Positions 63,301 through 64,000 of a stretch of 64,000 nt of DNA are shown here, piece by piece. The stretch's first letter is position 1. Each line of letters opens with the position of its first letter. Source of the stretch: a virus; IMG/VR virus record IMGVR_UViG_3300021961_000023; one strand, written 5' to 3'. The translations under genes were made by a program, and so were the position numbers. The notes beneath the pieces are model-generated. The model had not been told where the DNA came from, did not search any database, and saw nothing but the letters and a program-made list of their open reading frames with translations.

Positions 63301-64000
63301 GGTTCGATTGATTACCCTGCTTTTGAACTTAACTTCTATAAAGATTCTAACTTCAGAAACAAGTTTGTTTCTTCAGGATCATCTCCAACGTTTGAAATTA
63401 GATCTACAGGAACTGTTGGAACATCTGGAGCAAAGGTAACTGTAAGTGTATCCAATTCACTTCCTAAGAACTTCTATTATAAGTTAGATCCAGTAGATCT
63501 ATTAAACGTTCCAGAGAACAAGAAAAATATTATAGTTGATGAGGAAAATATACCAAATCATAATAGTATTATTGTAACAACCAGCGTCTATAGTGGCAAT
63601 CATAGAATAACTGGTATTGGATCAACTTCTATTCAATATAATGTATTATTAAAACCAGAAAGAGTAAGTTATAACACTTCTGAGGCAACTCTTTCATATA
63701 ATACAAACTCTGTTAGAGCTATAGGTTCAATCAACGAGATTGACATTAGAAGTCGCGGTAAAAAATACCAAATTTTACCAGCAATAACCAGCGTTGCTTC
63801 TACTTGGGGAAGAGGTGCAGTTTTAGAACCATTAAGCACTAATATTGGTAAGGTCAAGAAAAAGTGCTTATCAAATATTGGATTTGATTATCCATCAGAT
63901 TATACATTAAGACCATCAGCAATTGTTCCTCAGGTTTTAAAACTTGATCCATTAACTACTATAGAAAAAATAGGCATTAGTTCTAATGGAAATGGATACT
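57376..64000 (+). CDS. gp7: Giant baseplate wedge protein (gp7-like, over 2200 aa) with a YHYH-type domain; 3'-truncated
   Basis: The ATG at 57376 gives MVNRVKISSIVEGQLPEFVREDFPLVAEFLQEYY. The same frame encodes HSPIIGWAYDGNPIYGPYGY (61051) and GFDYPSDYTLRP (about 63880). It is absent from the track, consistent with no stop before the window end, and follows gp6. Confidence 0.8.
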   Translation, partial: MVNRVKISSIVEGQLPEFVREDFPLVAEFLQEYYRSLEHQGGTLDVLQNIDQYVKLEELTNLTEESTLTSDVSYVDTDITVDSTLGFPDTYGLIQIDSEIITYTGKTATSFTGCLRGFSGISSFKSQNKPDTLVFSKTSVGSHTSGTKVKNLSILFLKEFLRKIKTQITPGFEERELYTGLDQKLFLKQSKNFYESKGADESFEILFRALYGVDVEVLKPRDYLFEPSDAQYRVTKDLVVEPIYGDPLDLVNRTLFQDETDDFNQARGSITKVEKLTKNSKDYYKISLDSDYDKDINVFGSIFGNFQVHPKTRVITAVSAGATTLDVDSTVGFPTSGTLVVTSAQGVENYINYSSKTLNQFFDCQGTPDILSETDVRFDVYAYGYSGVGTDNPVHVRIGAVLSDLEFLDAPYGLHEADTIKIKALGSSLTDKKSNNWIFNIPSVFDIKTVELVDTSDYTYRFTTFDRLTLYDGDSVNVLASNGVSFAAQVTSIENESTFQVRIGTGINEGLSYKVYKNLTKVNSTNFPRANRNNANVQNVYTDLKNSLYVASPSLPAYFRQELKVRDRSITFSGVFTNNQSINVGFHGLYTGDSVVYIPGSDSNKLNIDAGVYFVKKISDNEISLYRSRANIFNNVYIPITGNVTNNKFELFALSGQTLETQKLIRKFSEPENGSITYDTKPGQIGMLVNGVEILNYKSSDSIFYGPIESIIATSGGDGYDVINPPILGITDPVGTGATGICAVEGSFEDILVVDGGFDYVGTPVISIIGGGGQGATAKADMVTLKHVNNFNAFGEALEVNLVSNTIGFSSFHKFRNGEAVVYSTGGASNVGGISTDAWYYVNTVSDSSVQLHNTYEDAIAGINTINLTSYGSGTHSLTAVKRKRTINSVKVTNPGSGYKTRQVSVMPSYVNVASNIINFNDHGYNDGEIVVYTATSTPITGLTSGSSYYVTRVNDDQFRLSVVGVGSTVAKDFYYTTNQFVDLKSQGSGVHNFNYEPIRVIVSGNIGVTTFSGQDFNAVLQPIVRGKITGVSLTDSGVGYGSSEIIGDNRQPTFTLNRGSGALLEPVVINGTIVEVIVRSGGSGYNSPPKLNVLGDGQGAELVPVIKNGAISSVFIANSGYNYTNSKTSIDIIPAGSGASFQANIKTWVINLFERYLQNGIITDDDGILVEGLNPTYGLQYTHLYSPRKLRQNVYREVTRLNKQVFVPDLIIDPVSKTERESLNHSPIIGWAYDGNPIYGPYGYDTPQGGIVRALRSGYERITAANRPPFSQGFFIDDFVFNGTGDLDEHNGRFCITPEYPNGTYAYFTTISPDSVESSGPFLGYKLPQFPYFIGNTYRSVPIDFNFKKESNQDEFDLVSANLSRNITPYNLTSQTQDYPYVLNPNKIQNHDSEIESVINGYIEDIKITKRGVDYKVGDSIIFDNTGTSGYGAAAKVSRVDGVTVSGVRVSSTQLTNIEFSQSGETGTLIGFAPQPHNLKNNDEVSISGLSTTNTGLQRFFSIGVPQNTLVLRSGIGTTGATGIVTYISVSGSLSYPDIAVNDVYDIENEKVRVLSIDESGSRIRVERQYGNTSGAAHTASSFAYEDSRKFFVNVGYSQNLDLAPNKEIYFNPVESIAVSGVGATDFVSVVGVATTSKVVVSFANPGSGVTSVVLSAKQIYLPNHGLKTNDQLIYKTNGGDPIRVSLAITEQFDTGYAVGINTFTLSNNTVVYAAKISNDIIGIATNPIVPDNGNPGSFVGIGSTTNGLLYFENIGTGVKHSFETNYLNTLSGLVNRNVVTVSTASTHNLIANDTISVNVFPGITTSIKLIYNDEQKRVLGNKVSFAKTSVDLLSNVITVPNHGFVTGQKVLYESALSSADRVITSNTSVDVPTIFPSPLEVETPYTLLATENGVIIVDAESIPDNSLFYVVVLDYNRIQLAPTYHDATKANPTVIDMVSNTYGSVAPVNPPIALIKNQIVEFDLSDSSLSYRRGSIDYPAFELNFYKDSNFRNKFVSSGSSPTFEIRSTGTVGTSGAKVTVSVSNSLPKNFYYKLDPVDLLNVPENKKNIIVDEENIPNHNSIIVTTSVYSGNHRITGIGSTSIQYNVLLKPERVSYNTSEATLSYNTNSVRAIGSINEIDIRSRGKKYQILPAITSVASTWGRGAVLEPLSTNIGKVKKKCLSNIGFDYPSDYTLRPSAIVPQVLKLDPLTTIEKIGISSNGNGY

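Noticed and set aside
292-63857. Numerous short minus-strand and alternate-frame ORFs in the track
   Set aside because: They overlap well-supported + strand genes and lack motifs. Only the HNH gene is accepted on the minus strand.
1-64000. tRNA, rRNA or photosynthesis auxiliary genes
   Set aside because: None was recognised by eye; a tRNAscan-SE run would be needed to exclude tRNAs formally.

Overview
This is 64 kb of a T4-like cyanomyovirus (Kyanoviridae-type) genome, coded almost entirely on the + strand. Positions 1-19 kb and 24.2-31.2 kb are late structural genes under T4-type TATAAATA promoters: a large virion protein, many Gly/Thr-rich tail fibre or receptor-binding proteins (three start MADRYPLVV, three end in S74 chaperones), and a subtilisin protease. 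Positions 19.1-24.2 kb and 31.2-52.7 kb are early/hypervariable genes: an SF2 helicase, RlpA, DUF4385, a glycosyltransferase, a D12 adenine methyltransferase, a Nudix hydrolase, a metalloprotease, a ligase-like protein, an EcoRI-like endonuclease and dozens of small ORFs. Many are driven by a repeated 24-bp palindrome plus sigma70 -10 element (17 copies). A non-coding, palindrome-rich locus with divergent promoters (46.4-47.0 kb) lies beside the only convincing minus-strand gene, an HNH nuclease. From 55 kb come baseplate genes gp25, gp6 and a giant gp7-like ORF that runs off the end and is missing from the ORF track. The best candidate new system is a dispersed, phage-encoded AATT-type restriction-modification pair: a GNAIER nuclease at 50.5 kb and a Dam-family methyltransferase at 32.5 kb lacking both guanine-reading residues, together with marked AATT depletion. 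All family calls are by-eye motif recognition and all counts are hand counts.
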